From assembly GCA_052327205.1 (NCBI GenBank), contig JBMRGM010000043.1, positions 31,310,001 through 31,374,000 on the forward strand: DNA of 64,000 nucleotides, read 5' to 3'. The number at the start of each line of letters is the position of its first letter. The first letter of the stretch is position 1. Shown piece by piece: positions 12,457 to 25,503 of this stretch. Below the pieces are notes generated by a model. That model had not been told where the DNA came from. It did not search any database and saw only the letters and a program-made list of their open reading frames with translations. This stretch comes from Somniosus microcephalus (lineage: Eukaryota). The position numbers were made by a program, and so were the translations under genes.

Positions 12457-13146
12457 GTGAGTACAATTTAAGATAATTGTTTATCACTTTTAAAGAGAAC
12501 AGGAAAATCATAGAGAACGAGTAACGCTGATTCAACAGATGATGCCAGGGAATGGAAATTTTATTCAACAGGATAGACTTGAGCCACTGGGACTAACACG
12601 GGTTTGCCATGCCTAAGAGTTATTTCATCAGTGCTTAGTACATGCCAATTGCGAGATAGGGCGATTAGGGAAAGCTATTCCCTCTGTTTGCGAAGACAGG
12701 AAGGAGGATCAGTAAAGTATAATTATCACTAAAAGCGAGAGGGTAGCGCTTACGTGAACATTTTATGTGTAGCTGACTGCTGGAAAGTAGAATTATTTGT
12801 CAGGTGGAACGGTGAAGTTAGATACCACTGCATTTAGGTAGAGTAATGTTTATGGTATTGGAATAGTGCAGAGTTCCTGCTTTTCACTAGCAGAGTCAGG
12901 AGGAATAAGGACCAGGCCAACATAGTAGGGTGGCCATAAGTGGATTGCAGTAGGAATCATTGTCGTTCCAGGATCAGGCTTTCCTCTATTAATTCCACCT
13001 ACTGCTAAAGTAGGAGAGGGAGACGGGCGCCCAATATTGGTGTGGTAACCTATATGTCGAGCCTTCTTTATTATGATGAGAACCCTATTTCACTTTGAAA
13101 GTAATGCTACAAATTCTGCAAAAGCAATGTAATTAACAATTTGCAG

Positions 13147-13434
13147 GAACCCCAGTGTCAAAACCGGAACTGGCAATCAGCCCTGGTAAAGAGTTAATAG
13201 AAGGAGACACAGCGTCGTTAACCTGCTCAGTGTTCAACGGTTCTACCCCGATTACTTACATTTTCTACAAAGACCCGGATAAAGAACTCTTCCGTGAGGA
13301 GTCCAACCTAACCGAAATTAATTACCAAATCAGTGAAATCAACCAAAGCACCCAAGGGGATTATAGTTGCGGTGTTTCAAACAAAGCGACAGGACGTCCT
13401 CTGCAAAGCGATGTTGTTACAGTTTCAGTGATAG
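13147..13434 (+). CDS. Gene A Ig exon 9 (TPVSKPEL..LTCSVFNGSTPITYIFYK..GDYSCGVSN; FCRL D5-like)
   Basis: tgcag acceptor, ag/gtgagt donor, 288 nt. Confidence 0.9.
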
Positions 13435-13824
13435 GTGAGTTATTATAAGTACCCCTGAGGCAGAACGAAACAAGTGGCTCAAAGTCAGATGAGCCCGGTA
13501 ATCACTGCTTGTGCCATCAGCTTGGATGGTGTAACATTTTCTTTGACATTCCTCTATGTGAAGTGAGGCACTGCACCATTTACATTAAACAGGTGAATTA
13601 CTAAAAAGAACTAGAATGTCATCTGATCGCATCAAGTATTGGTCTATAAACTGCAACAGTTATTTGTAGGTTTAAAAAGGCCGATCAGTATGTTTAATTG
13701 ACAAATTGAGGGAAGTAATACGGATAATTTAAGGACTCAAAACTTAATGCCATAGGTAGTAGTTTCTGGGCTATATGTTTTAGACCACCATTTCTCGACA
13801 GTTGTTGCTAATATATTTGTATTC

Positions 13825-14416
13825 GTTTATGTGATGTGGGTATCTCTGGCAATGCCAGAATTTATTGCCTATCCCTAATTGCCCTTGAGAAGGTAGTGCT
13901 GAGCGGCCTTCTTGAACCGTTGCTGTCCGTGTGTTGACGGTACTCCCGTAGTGCTGTGAGGGAGGGAGTTCCAGGAATTTGACGCAGTGACGATGAAGGA
14001 TCGGCGATAAACTTTTAAATCAGGATGGTAGATGATTTGTAAAGGATCTTACAGGTGCGGTGTCCCCATGCCTCTTCTGCTCTTGTCCTTCTAAATGGAA
14101 GAAGTATCGGGTTTGGGAGGTGCTGCCGAAGAAGTCTTGGCATGTTGCTGCAGTGCATCTTGTAGATGGTGCACACTGCAGCCATGATACGCTGGTGGTG
14201 GAGGGAGTGAATTTGTTACTTGTTGGATGATGTGCCAATCAAGGAGGCTGCTTTGTACTGGCTGGTGTCGAGCTTCTTGAGTGTTGTTGGAGCTGCACTT
14301 ATCCAGGCAAGTGGAGAGTATTCCGTCACACGACTTACTTGTGCCTTGTAGATGGTTGAAAGGCTTTGGGGAGTCAGGAGGTGAGACACACGCCGCGGAT
14401 TACCCAGCCTCTGCCC
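13825..14416 (-). mobile_element. LINE 3' end fragment (family with ccaccttctcaagggcaattaggg tail); ortholog at about 41800-42395
   Basis: The paralogous copy translates HSLHHWHTVAAVCTIYKMHCSNSPRLLRQHLP; shared 3' tail. Confidence 0.75.
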
Positions 14417-14438
14417 TATATCGATATCATGGTACCAG
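14417..14438 (+). pseudogene. Remnant 3' end (YIDIMVP + donor) of the membrane-proximal Ig exon deleted in gene A
   Basis: tatatcgatatcatggtaccag/gtag matches 43353-43374; downstream intron aligns. Confidence 0.75.
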
Positions 14439-15287
14439 GTAGAAGTTTCATAAAGCTTGATCTGATTTCATGAAATACTTTTCTTTCGACAACGCAAACA
14501 GTATATTGATTTCGTATGATTTATACGTCATAAAGGACACATCACACCTCAGGTGAACATTTATAAGTCTAGTTTCTGATTAAGAAATTGATCGTAACTA
14601 GATGGAAATAGACCTGAAATAAACTAGCAGAATTTCCCACAAGCGCTTTAGAATTTGAAATTGATAAGGTCAAAAGCAGAGCCATGGTTATAAAGCGAGA
14701 GAGAGGGAGAGATTGGAAGGGGTGAGCAAAAAACTGGCTGCAAATATGGGTCTTGTAGGAAGTTTGAAGCAGGCTGTAGTAGAGATGTAAATGCGATTAA
14801 TGAGATGGTTTAAGAGAGCAGAATCAAATTACTTTCACTAATGGTGTGACAAAGGAAGCGTATATGCCCAATCGGCCACAAATCAATTGACTAAACTGTG
14901 TAAAGACAGAGATAAAATTGGAGGAGATTTGTCAGAGATATAGTGAACAGGAGGACCAGGAGTTTAAGTTTATTACATTGGAGGACAGGGAGCTAGATGA
15001 AAACAATGGCGAGTAAGAATTAACGTGGGACAGGGACGTTTGGATTAGTTGGAATTAGTGGACAGCGGGGTCAGGAGCCCAGAAAGGAAGTCATTGTAAT
15101 AATCGAGGCTAGAGCTTGCAAATCCACGGATCAGTGTTTCAGCGTGCAGGGGTTGAGGTGGGTAGAAAGGGAATCAATTTAGTGCAGATTAAAAAATAAA
15201 AATTAATTCTGCGTATGGTGCGAGGTTGAATTTGTTATGATTGGAACGGTTTTATATGATTCATGGAATAATTTTGTTTGATTCCAG

Positions 15288-15389
15288 CACAAAGTCACAC
15301 AACCGCGATCACAGCAGCCGTTGTTCCACTTTTTCTGATCGCTACCCTGATTGCACTGGTTTCCTTCAAACTTCGGAAAAAGAAACAAG
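15288..15389 (+). CDS. Gene A transmembrane exon (QSHTTAITAAVVPLFLIATLIALVSFKLRKKKQ)
   Basis: ttccag acceptor, ag/gtgagc donor; hydrophobic helix without charged residue followed by basic stop-transfer. Confidence 0.92.
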
Positions 15390-15916
15390 GTGAGCAGTGT
15401 CTTACGGGCAGCTGAGTGGCTTGACAGTTACGTGAGGGGATTCAATCCCCTCCATATTCAGATGCAGCATTCGAAATGTAACAGAATGATTTGAGAGGGA
15501 GACCAATAGTGTGGGCTGGAGAACGAAGACTTAATTACCAGGATAAGTTCGGATCATGAAGTCAGCTTACTGGTTTGAGGGTATTTTTCCACCTTCTTCC
15601 ATTTTGAAAAGGTCTGCATCTTGGCGAGGGACAGACAAATAACTGGCAGGTGGTTAGTAAGAGAATGTGAAATCTGATAGCGGATGTCTAATGCCTGGTA
15701 ACATCTTAAAGTTTCCCAGACGCTCTTTGTGCATTCGTCCTCTGTTTTATTTAGTGATTCACTTAAATGCACTTTTGCAACAGTTTCTGATTAATAATCA
15801 ACGAAAAAGTTTACTGTTTGGAGATTACTTAAGGTAACTCAAGCCAGCTCTAGCCAGGAAGAGCGCAATATTTACTGCACAACTTGCTGAAATATGTCTC
15901 TTCCTATTTTATCTAG

Positions 15917-15947
15917 ACAATTCCTCAAGTGTTTCACAGCCGCAGGG
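15917..15947 (+). CDS. Gene A cytoplasmic exon 1 (DNSSSVSQPQG)
   Basis: tctag and gg/gtaagt; identical in gene B. Confidence 0.85.
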
Positions 15948-16244
15948 GTAAGTCTGCAAAATATTTGTATTTGTCAGTCATAACTATATCCATGATTATA
16001 CTGAAAGGGTGAAAATCGTCTTTGGCATGGTTGCAAATCAGGCGGCATTGCATCTACCACCATTTATACGCCCCTGAATTGAACTGAATATTGGATGGAC
16101 ATTGATGGGCGGTAGGGGCTCTTCAGTCAGTTATTCCTCCACGCCCAATTCGAATTTCTCCCCGTAGTATCTGATATAGCTCCGCTGGAGACAGTTACAA
16201 TTTTTAAGAGCTAAATATTACCTTATTTTTGTTTTTGCTTTTTA

Positions 16245-17860
16245 GTTTATCAACAGGCCAGTCAGCCTAACATAGTTATTTGGAACCATTATTAGGGAAA
16301 AAATAAACTTTTATTTGGAAATCATGGTTTAATCAAGGAGATCCAACATGGATTTGTTGAAGGCAAATCGTGTCTGACAAACTCGATTGAATTCTTTGAT
16401 GAGGTAACAGAAACTTTTGATCAAGGTAGTGTAGCAAATGTATATATAGACTTTCGGAAGGCAGTCGACCGAGGCTTGTTAAAAAATATGTAAACTCATG
16501 GGATTAAGGGAACGTGGTGGTATGGATAGGGAATTGGCTCGGTGACAGGATGCAGAGTGTGGTGGTGGATGGATGTTTCTCAGACTGGGAGGTGGTTTTG
16601 CAGTTGTGTTCCCCAAGGGCCAGTTTGGGGTCCATAACTCTTTGCAATTGCAATGAGCGACCGAGATTAAGGTGTAGGGGGCAACATTGTAAACTTGCAG
16701 ATGACACATAACTTGGCCAGGTAGTAGATAGTGATGAGGATACTTGTAGTCTTCAGGGTAACATAGACAGGAATGGTTAAATGGGCAGAAGCATGGCAGT
16801 TGGAGTTCAACCCTGAGAACTGTGAAGTGATGTACTTCTGGAGAACTAATCTGGAAAGACAATATACAATAAAGGACTCGATTTTGAAAATGGTGGATGA
16901 GCAGAGATGACTTGGTGTGCTTGTAAACAAATTCTTAAATATGGCAGGACAAGTTGCTAAGTTGGTTAAAGCAGCATAGGGAACACTTGTATTTTTTAAA
17001 TAGCGGCTTAGAATATAAAAGCAAAGAGAACATGCTAGAACTTTTGAAATCAGTGGTTAGGCCTCAGCTGGACAATTCTAGGCAGCAACTTGCCAAGGCT
17101 GCTTCGACAGCACCTCCGAAACCCGCTATCTCTTCCACCTAGAAGGACAAGGCGCATCAGAACACCACCTCCGAGTTCCCCTCCAAGTCAAACACCATCC
17201 TGCCTTAGAAGTATATCGCCGCTCCTTAATCGTCGCTTGGGCCAATGTCCTGGAAATCCCTCCCTAACAGCGCTGTGGGAGCACCTTCACCGCACGGACT
17301 GCAGCGGTTCAAGAAGGCGGCTAACCACCACCTTCTCAAGGGCAATTAGCGATGGGAAGTATATGCTGGCGTTGTCAGCGACGCCCACATCCCAAATACG
17401 AATAAAATCACACTTCAGGAAACGTGTAAGAGGCAAAGAAAGCATACAGAGGATGTTTACAGGATATTACCAGGGATGAGGGACTTTATTTACCAGGAGT
17501 GGTTGGAAAATTAGGAGGTGGAAGAGAGAAGGTTAAGGGGTGAGTCAATAGTGATTTTCAAGAGGACGAGAGGTTTTGTTAGAGTAGATAGAGAAACAAT
17601 ATTCCCTCTTGATCAATAACTAGAGTTCATAGATTTAACATCATTGTAAAAAGATCTTGAGGGGAGATGTGGAGAACTATTTTTCATTCAGAGAGTTGTC
17701 GGTATCTAGAACACTCCAACTGAAAATTTGGTGGAAGCTATTTCCATCAATAACTTTAGCAGTTAATTGGACGGATCTTTGAGGATGAGGACCTTACAGG
17801 GCTGCAGACAAAAGCCAGGGATATGGAACTAAGCAGGATTGCTCCTTCAAGGAGTTCGAT
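16245..17860 (+). mobile_element. Old degraded CR1 RT fragment with nested LINE-tail insertion (about 17075-17405)
   Basis: QHGF..GKSCLT and LADDT-like motifs; shared with 45130-46760. Confidence 0.75.
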
Positions 17861-17973
17861 GTTCTCTGTAGCTACTGCTGAATGTTTCTATGATGCTGTA
17901 ACATTTCGTTGAAAGTGAACTTTGAGTTGTTGATGCATGAATCCTTAATATCTAAGAATATTTTCGTGCAAAG

Positions 17974-18065
17974 GGTGACAACTGAAAATAGATCTGTACC
18001 TCCGAGTGAAGAAACATCTGCGAGCAATTTCGAGTATGCAGTTGGGGGATCAGCCCCAAATACTG
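17974..18065 (+). CDS. Gene A cytoplasmic exon 2 (VTTENRSVPPSEETSASNFEYAVGGSAPNT)
   Basis: aag acceptor (cag in gene B), g/gtaagc donor, phase 2 to 1. Confidence 0.8.
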
Positions 18066-19046
18066 GTAAGCATGAACTGACACTTGAAAAATATGGTAGA
18101 TTGTTCACGGTAACATTTGTTCTGCTGGTAACCCACTGTCACATCAGTGGAAGTTCAGTGAAAACTTTAGGGAGACGGCCGTTTCACATGACTTGCACCA
18201 ATATTCCGCCGACATTGCGACGGGACATGGTGGAAATCGACCATGGACATTGGAGATCTTCATCTGCAAGCATTCAGCATACTCTAGTTAGATTTATAAC
18301 TTACTGCCTGGACAGGTAGCATCGCATGGGTTGAGCATACGAAGGGAAATAGTTTGGGGTCGTTGGCACGGTCCATTTGAACCATGTTGATAGAAAGAAA
18401 TGCAGGTGGTTCAGTAAAGGATGTGCCTGTTGCCCCAGCAGACTGAGCTGTCTGCGCTCTTTGCAGATGATGCTAACTGCTCCGACGCCAAGACAAAAAG
18501 CTACCCCTTATTCCCTTTTCCTTTTGAATTAATTATTTCCTCTACTTCTCATTCTTCTTTTTCTGAAGTTAGTGGGTCCCAATCGGCCGGGATTGATAGG
18601 AAGGCATCTGGGTGCTAGTCCATATGTGTTAATCTCAGAAACTGATAATCAGACATAATGAGCAATATCTTGAGTACTCAATTGACATTGGGACCTGTCT
18701 CCTCACAACCACTACAAATCAAATTTCCAAGCAAAGAATGATGGAACTGGACCTCTCACCGCTATCTGGGTGAAAGGAATGGAGAGAATGAGAGAATGTG
18801 CTGCTCACCGCCACCCTGTTTATAAGCAAGTGACTCAGCCCAGCCCCATGGCTTGGGACCAAGACACTTCATGACTTTGCTCACGGGACTTTGGATCAGC
18901 TTGTATTGATCAGCGTAAATAGTTGCTAGCTTTTAAAACCAGTGAACACAGCTGTAAATTTCCAATCATGAATTGTAGGATGGGTCTGGTATCTAAGTGC
19001 TTCCTTGATTATCATTGATCGCAGTTTCCTCTTTCTCTCTCTACAG

Positions 19047-19103
19047 CTTCTAGTTCTGATCAGGTAACCTACAGTTTAGTACAAGGCACGAAGCCCATGG
19101 AAG
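19047..19103 (+). CDS. Gene A cytoplasmic exon 3 with ITIM VTYSLV
   Basis: Polypyrimidine-ctacag acceptor, ag/gtaagg donor, 57 nt. Confidence 0.88.
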
Positions 19104-19669
19104 GTAAGGAATCGCTGCATTACTTTGCTAGAGGGCTTGTTAACTACTGTAAGTGTAGCGTCTGTCTTCAGTTTGTGAGACGTCATCTGGGAAGAGCCTG
19201 AATCGATTGATGCATTATAGGACTGACACCACAATACCAGTATTTGTAAAAGAAAAAATCACTATAGGCTCTTTGTAAGTTCCATCTCTCGGGATTAGTA
19301 TCCTTAGAACCTGCACACAAACTCCCCTGTTCTGGTTTTTTGATAACATCATAACTGGCCGGACTATTAGTGTTGCCATAAACTGCAATGACGATAACAA
19401 ATGCTTAATATAAGTCGATCGATACATTTGAAGGCAAATAATGTGTACTTTTGGTGGCAAACATCATCCATTCTTGGACATTTAAATCAATGCTATTCAA
19501 TTAATGATTATATATCATCCTTATTAAACTGATGGAAATGACATGATCTATTCCCATGCACTATATTCATATGGATACTAATACGGTTGTCTCAATTCAT
19601 TATCGCTATCAATTAATTTATATCAAGTAATCAATCAGTCTACCTTTGTAAATGGCTGTCCATTTATCC

Positions 19670-19800
19670 ATCAATATGTTTCTATCTATTTATCTATCTA
19701 TCTTTATATCTATTTTCCAAATATCTATATCTTTCTATCTATCTCCCCGTGTCTTCCTCCCTATTTCTCTATATATATCTATCGTCTCTCTATCATCTAT
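19670..19800. repeat. Degenerate (TCTA)n microsatellite; paralog about 49400-49540
   Basis: tctatctatttatctatcta repeats. Confidence 0.7.
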
Positions 19801-19849
19801 ATATTAATCCCTCGTTTTTGTCTTGTTTTCTCTTTTTGTTTCTGTTTAG

Positions 19850-19915
19850 ATATTACCGGAAATGCTGCCAATTTAGTGTATTCGGAGGTCACGATCAGAA
19901 AGTCACGAGAATGTG
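19850..19915 (+). CDS. Gene A cytoplasmic exon 4 with ITIM LVYSEV
   Basis: Long pyrimidine tract-tttag, g/gtaaat donor, 66 nt. Confidence 0.88.
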
Positions 19916-20039
19916 GTAAATTCTGTGAATTGTTCGCTGCTGTTGCTAAGGGAGATGATAATTACAGTTCTAGATAATGTTGGGATATTCCTGTGCTTGG
20001 TACAGTGGGAATGAGGCACATGGACTGTAAACTAAATAG

Positions 20040-23000
20040 TGGGGGTTGGGAATCAGGTGAAGGGGAACTTCGAAAGTCAAAGAGAAGGTTGAAGGTAATA
20101 GTGCAAGGTAGCGATAGGGTTAATGATAACTAGAGAGTGACAGAAGGAGATAGAGCATACAAACATAAACCTGCAACTACACATAGATTCAGAGTCGGTA
20201 AAAATGGTATAAAATAAATAAAGGTTATTTATCTGAATGCACACAGCATTCGTAACAAGATAGATGAGTTGGTGGCATGAAGAGAAATAAATGTGTGTGA
20301 TCTGAAAGCCATTACAGAGACGGGGTTGCAAGGTGACCAAGGCTGGGAACTGAATATTCAGGGGTATTTGACATTTCGGAAGAATAGGCAGAAAGCAAAA
20401 GGAGTTGGGTAGCTCTTTTAATAAAGGATGATATCAGTGCAGTGACGAGAAATGAAATTGCCTCAGGAAATCAAGATGAAGATATAGTTTAAACGGAGAT
20501 AAGAAATAATAAGTGAAATAAGTCACTAGAGGGAGCAATCTATAGGCCTCGTAAAAGTACCTACACTGTAGGACAGAGTATAAATCTTGAAATAAGATTG
20601 GCTTGTAAGAAATGTACTGTGATAATCATGGGCAATTTTAATCTTTATATAGATGGAACAAATCGAATTGACAAGGTTAGCCTTGAGGACGAGTTCATAG
20701 AATGGATTCAGGATGGTTTGCTAGAACAATACGTTGTGGAATCAACCAGGGAGAAGGCTATTTTAGACCTGGCAATATGTAATGAGGCAGGATTAATTCA
20801 TGATCTCATGGTAAAGGATTCTCTAGGGAACAGTGATCATAGCATGATGAATTTCTAATTCAGTTTGAGGGTGAGAAACTTGGGTCTGAAACTAGTGTCC
20901 TAAACTTAAATAAAGGCAGTTACAAAGGTATGAAGGCAGAGTTGGCTAACGTAGACTGGGAAAATAGATTAATGAGTAAGACGGTAGAAAATCAGTGACA
21001 GATATTTAAGGATATTTTTCGTAACTCTCAGCAAAGATTTATTCCAGCGTCAAAGGCAGACTCTACGAGAAGGATGAACATCTGTGGCTAACTAAAGAAG
21101 TTAAAGACGGTATCAAATTGAAAGAAAAGGCAGATAATGTTGCAAAAATTAGTGGTAGGTCAGAGGATTGGGAGATTTTTGGAATTCGGCAAAGGATGAA
21201 TAAAAAACTAATAAAGAGGAAGAAATAGATTATGAAAGGAAACTAGCACAAAATATAAAGGAACAGACAGTAAGAGCTTCTACATGTATATAAACGGGAA
21301 GAGAATAGCTAAAGTAAATGTTGGTCACTTAGAGGATGGGACTGGGGAATTAATAATGGGAAATAGGGAAATGGCAGAGACTTTGAATACACTAAAAGCA
21401 TCACAATAATAATTGGTAATCAAGGGGCTATGTTCACAATATATATCAGTAATTTAGGTGAGGGTACCAAATGTAATATTTCCAAGTTTGCTGACGTCAC
21501 GAAACCAGGTGGGATTGTGAGTTGTGAGGAGGATGCAAAGAGGCTTCAAGGTGATTTGGAGAAGTTGAGTGAATGGGCAAATACATGGCAGATGCAGTAT
21601 AACGTGGATAAATGTGAAGTTATCCATTTCGGTACAAAAAACAGAACGGCTGAATATTATTTAAATGTTGATAGATTGGGAAATGCTGAATTACAGAAGG
21701 ACCTGGCCGTCCCTGTACACCAGTCACTGAAAGCAAACATGGAGGTGCAGCAAGCAGTTAGGATGGCAAATTATATGTTGGCCTCCATTGCAAGATGACT
21801 TAAGTAGAGGAAAAAGGAAATCTTACTACATTATACGTGGCCTTGGTGAGACCTTGTGCATTTTTGGTCTCCTCACCTAAGAAAGGATAAACTTGCCACA
21901 GAGGGAGTGCAGCGAATGTTCACCAGTCTGATTCCTGGGAAGGCAGGACTGTCGGATGAGCAGAGATTTGGTCGACTAGGCCTGTATTCACTAGAGTTTA
22001 TAAGAATGAGAGGGGATCTCATTGAAACGTATAAAATTCTGACAGTGCTAGACAGACGGGATGCAGGGAGGATGTTTCCCTGGCTGGGCGGGTGGGGTCT
22101 AGAACGATGGGTCACAGTCTCAGGATGCGGGGTAGGACATTTAGGACTGAGATGAGGAGAAATTTCTTCACTCAGAGGGTGGTGAACCTATGTAATTCTC
22201 TACCACAGATGGCTGTCGAGGCCAAATAACTGAATATATTTTTAGAAGGAGATAGCTAGATTTCCAGACACAAAAGGCATCAAGGGGTATGAGTAGAGAG
22301 CGCGAATATGATATTGAAATAGATAATCAGCCATGATCACATTGAATGGCGAGCAGGCTCAAAGGGATGAATGGCCTACTCCTGCTACTAATTTTCAATT
22401 CACTATGTTTTCTAAATCAATGACTATCACTAGAGAAAAACTGCGAGGCAAATTAATGAGACTAAAGACTGACAATTGCCCTGGACCTGATGGCCTACTT
22501 TCAAGGGTCTTAAAAGAAGAGGCTCCAGAGATACTGGATGCGTTGTTTGTAATCGACCAAAATTCCATGGATTCTGGCAAGCTCCCAGTGCCTTGGAGAA
22601 CCGCAAATGTAGCACTTCTATTAAAGAAAGGAGGGAGGCAAAAAGCAGGAAACTATAGGCCAGTTAGCCTAACATCTGTCATTGGGAAAATGCGGGAATC
22701 CATTATTAAGGAAGTCATAGCAGGACATTTAGAAAATCCTAATGCAAACAAGCAGAGTGAACATGGTTTTATGGAAGGGAAATTGTGCTTGACAAATTTA
22801 CCAGAGTTCTTTGAGGATGTAACGAGCAGGGTGGATAAAGGGGAACCATTAGATGTGGTGTATTTGAATTTCCAGAAGGCATTCGATAAGGTGCCACATA
22901 AAAGGTTACTGCACAAGATAAGAGCTCATGGGGTTGGGAGTAATATATTAGCATGGATAGTGGATAGGATAACTAACAGAAAAATGAAAAGCCGGGATAA

Positions 23001-23995
23001 ATGGGTCATTTTCCAGTTGGCAAACTTTAACTAGTGGGGTGCCACAAGAATCAGTGCTGGGGCCTCAACTATTTACACTCTATAGTAATGACCGGGCCAA
23101 ATTTGCTGATGATACAAAGATAGGTGGGAAACAAATTGTGAGGAGTACACAATTAGTTTGCAAATATAGATATGTTAAGTAAGTGGGCAAAAATATCGCA
23201 GATGAAGTTTAATGTGGGAAAATGTGAGATTATCAACTTTGGTAAGAAAATTAAAATAACAAATTATTATTTAAATGGAGGGAGACTATTTAATCCTGCC
23301 ATACAGAGGGATCTGGGTGTCCTCGTATTTGAAACACAAAAGGTTAGCATTCAGGTACAGAAAGTAATTAGGAAGGCAAATGGAATGTTGTCCTTTATTG
23401 CCAGGGGGTGGAGCATTAAAGTAGGGAAATCTTGCTACAACTGGAGTACTGCGTGCAGTTTTGGTCTCCTTATTTCAGGCGGGATATACCTGCATTGGAG
23501 ATAGTTCAGAGAGGGTTCACTAGGCTAATTCCTGAGATGAAGCGATTGTCTTCTGAAGAAACGTTGAGCAGGATGGGCCCATACACATTGGTGTTTAGAA
23601 GAATGAGAGGTGATCCTATTGAAACATATAAGATTCTGAGGGAGCCTGACAGGGTAGATTTAGGGAGGATGTTTCCCCTCGTGGGGGAATCTAGAAGTAG
23701 GGAGCACAGTCTCAGGATAAGGGATCGCCCATTTAAAATGGCGATGAGGAGTAATTTCTTCTCTGAGGTTCGTGAATCTTTGGAATTCTCTACCCCAGTG
23801 AGCTGTGGAGGCGGAGTCATTGATTGTATTCAAGGCGGAGATAGACATATATGTGAGCTACAGGGGAGCGAAGGGTTTTGAGGAGCGGATGGGAAAGTGG
23901 CGTTGAGGGCAATATCAGATGAGAAATGATCTTATTGAATGGTGGTGCTGGTTCGAGGGACCGAATGGCCTACTCTTGCTCCTATTGCTTATGTT
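20040..23995 (+). mobile_element. Composite of two decayed CR1 LINEs (EN + RT C-terminus to about 22395; second RT copy about 22400-23995)
   Basis: LYLNAHSIRNK, ILDL..LGNSDH endonuclease motifs; PGPDG, NYRPVSLTS, FQKAFDKVPH, KFADD; frameshifts and stops. Confidence 0.9.
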
Positions 23996-24289
23996 TCTTA
24001 TGAAATATCACGTAGATGTTATTAGCACATGTAATTTTTACCTTACTCAGCCTGGCCGAAAATGGACAGGGTCTGGTGAAATGCGGTTCTCAATCGCACC
24101 CATTTTTACCCTCCTACTACAATGGAGAGAAAATCCACTGGGGATAAACCCAGAAATTGTCCCGATCCCTTCAGTTTACCGGCAGGGTAGGTGAGATTAA
24201 AATGACCCCGGATTAGGCTGGATTCATCTAATTCTGTTCATCAACTTCCCCAGATTGTTTCATTTATAATGCGTCTCCTTTATTTACAG

Positions 24290-24321
24290 GTAATGATGGT
24301 GGCGCCTCAGGAAGGAAACAG
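24290..24321 (+). CDS. Gene A cytoplasmic exon 5 (GNDGGASGRKQ)
   Basis: ttacag acceptor, cag/gtaagt donor, phase 1 to 0; conserved in gene B. Confidence 0.82.
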
Positions 24322-24912
24322 GTAAGTTATCTTTATAGGGGAAAGATGCTGCTGATAAATACCACGACCAATGCGGGTAGATTTCTAACTTACCTTCGCA
24401 AAGTAAAGTGTCAGCCATCAGTTATAGCAATGGCCCGATTGATACACACACCCTTATTGAAAAGATAGTCGTTTGGACTGTGAACCGAGCAGCACATTCG
24501 CTGTCACCCGTTATGGTCCCATACTGCCCAAAAGCAATTTTAAACCTGATGTCTATTATTCTCTATCATTGGGGCAGATATTCTGCTTGCTTCTTGGGCT
24601 TAATAGAGGCAATCAGGATCTTTCACGCAGAATAGAAAACGCACACATTTAATTTGCATTGATTTGAATTAAAAGTAGAATCCGGCGGTTCCGATCACTG
24701 CAAGTTTTAAGCCTTGACCCAATTTCTAATATCCACATCATTCTGTCTGCAAAGGTCATCACTAAACTGAATATATTGTCTCCACCCCACTCAAGCAGCC
24801 AGTGAATAATAATTTAATTCCCGACGATTATTTTAAAAATTCAGTTACCAGTTGTTTACAAAATGGTAAAGACAATTGTAGATTCATTCCCCCGAAAGTT
24901 CATTGCAATCAT

Positions 24913-25503
24913 GGGTGCAGTAGCTTAGTGGTGACATAACTGGACTAATAATCCAGAGGCTTCGACTAATGATCCGAAGAAATGAATTCAAATCCCACCA
25001 CCGGCAGCTGGGGAATGTAAACTCAGTTAAATAAATAAATCTGGGATAAAAAGCTGATAACAGTAAAGGCGACCACGACACTCTCAGGTTGTTGTAAAAC
25101 CCAACTAATGTCCTCCAGGAAGGAAATTGGCTGTCCTTACCTGGTCTACCCTATATGTGACTCCAGACCCACTGCCAATGTGGTTGACAGTTAACTGCCC
25201 CTGAAATGGCCGAGCAAGCGGCGCAATTGCAACAAACCATTACGAAAAGATGTTACCCCTATGGTAACACCTTCCCCTCCAAGTCACACACCATCCTGAC
25301 TTGGAAGTACATTGCCATTCCTTCATCGTCGCTGGGTCAAACTCCTGGAACTCCCTGTCTAACAGCACTGTGGGATAACCTTCACCACACAGATGCAGCA
25401 TTCCAAGAAGGCGGCTCACCACCACCTTCTCCAAGGCAATTAGGGAGGAGCAATAAATGCGGGCCTTGCCAGTGATGCCCACATCCTGTGAATGAATAAA
25501 AAA
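24913..25503 (+). mobile_element. tRNA-headed non-autonomous retroelement with LINE 3' tail; paralog 54316-54906
   Basis: A-box tagcttagtgg, B-box-like gaattcaaatccc; 3' half equals the LINE tail ending aatgaataaaaa. Confidence 0.75.

Larger units (their letters stand above)
2680..12830 (+). repeat. Internal tandem duplication of a three-Ig-exon cassette (unit 1 about 2680-6920, unit 2 about 6925-12830)
   Basis: Both units begin ctactgatgtg...cccaacataggc; exons 3/6, 4/7 and 5/8 and their introns align. Confidence 0.9.

Noticed and set aside
22333-23034. 233 aa host gene or domesticated RT
   Set aside because: CR1 RT fragment with frameshifts; frame broken in the paralogous copy
24913-24998. 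tRNA gene
   Set aside because: A/B boxes are the head of a retroelement; no convincing cloverleaf
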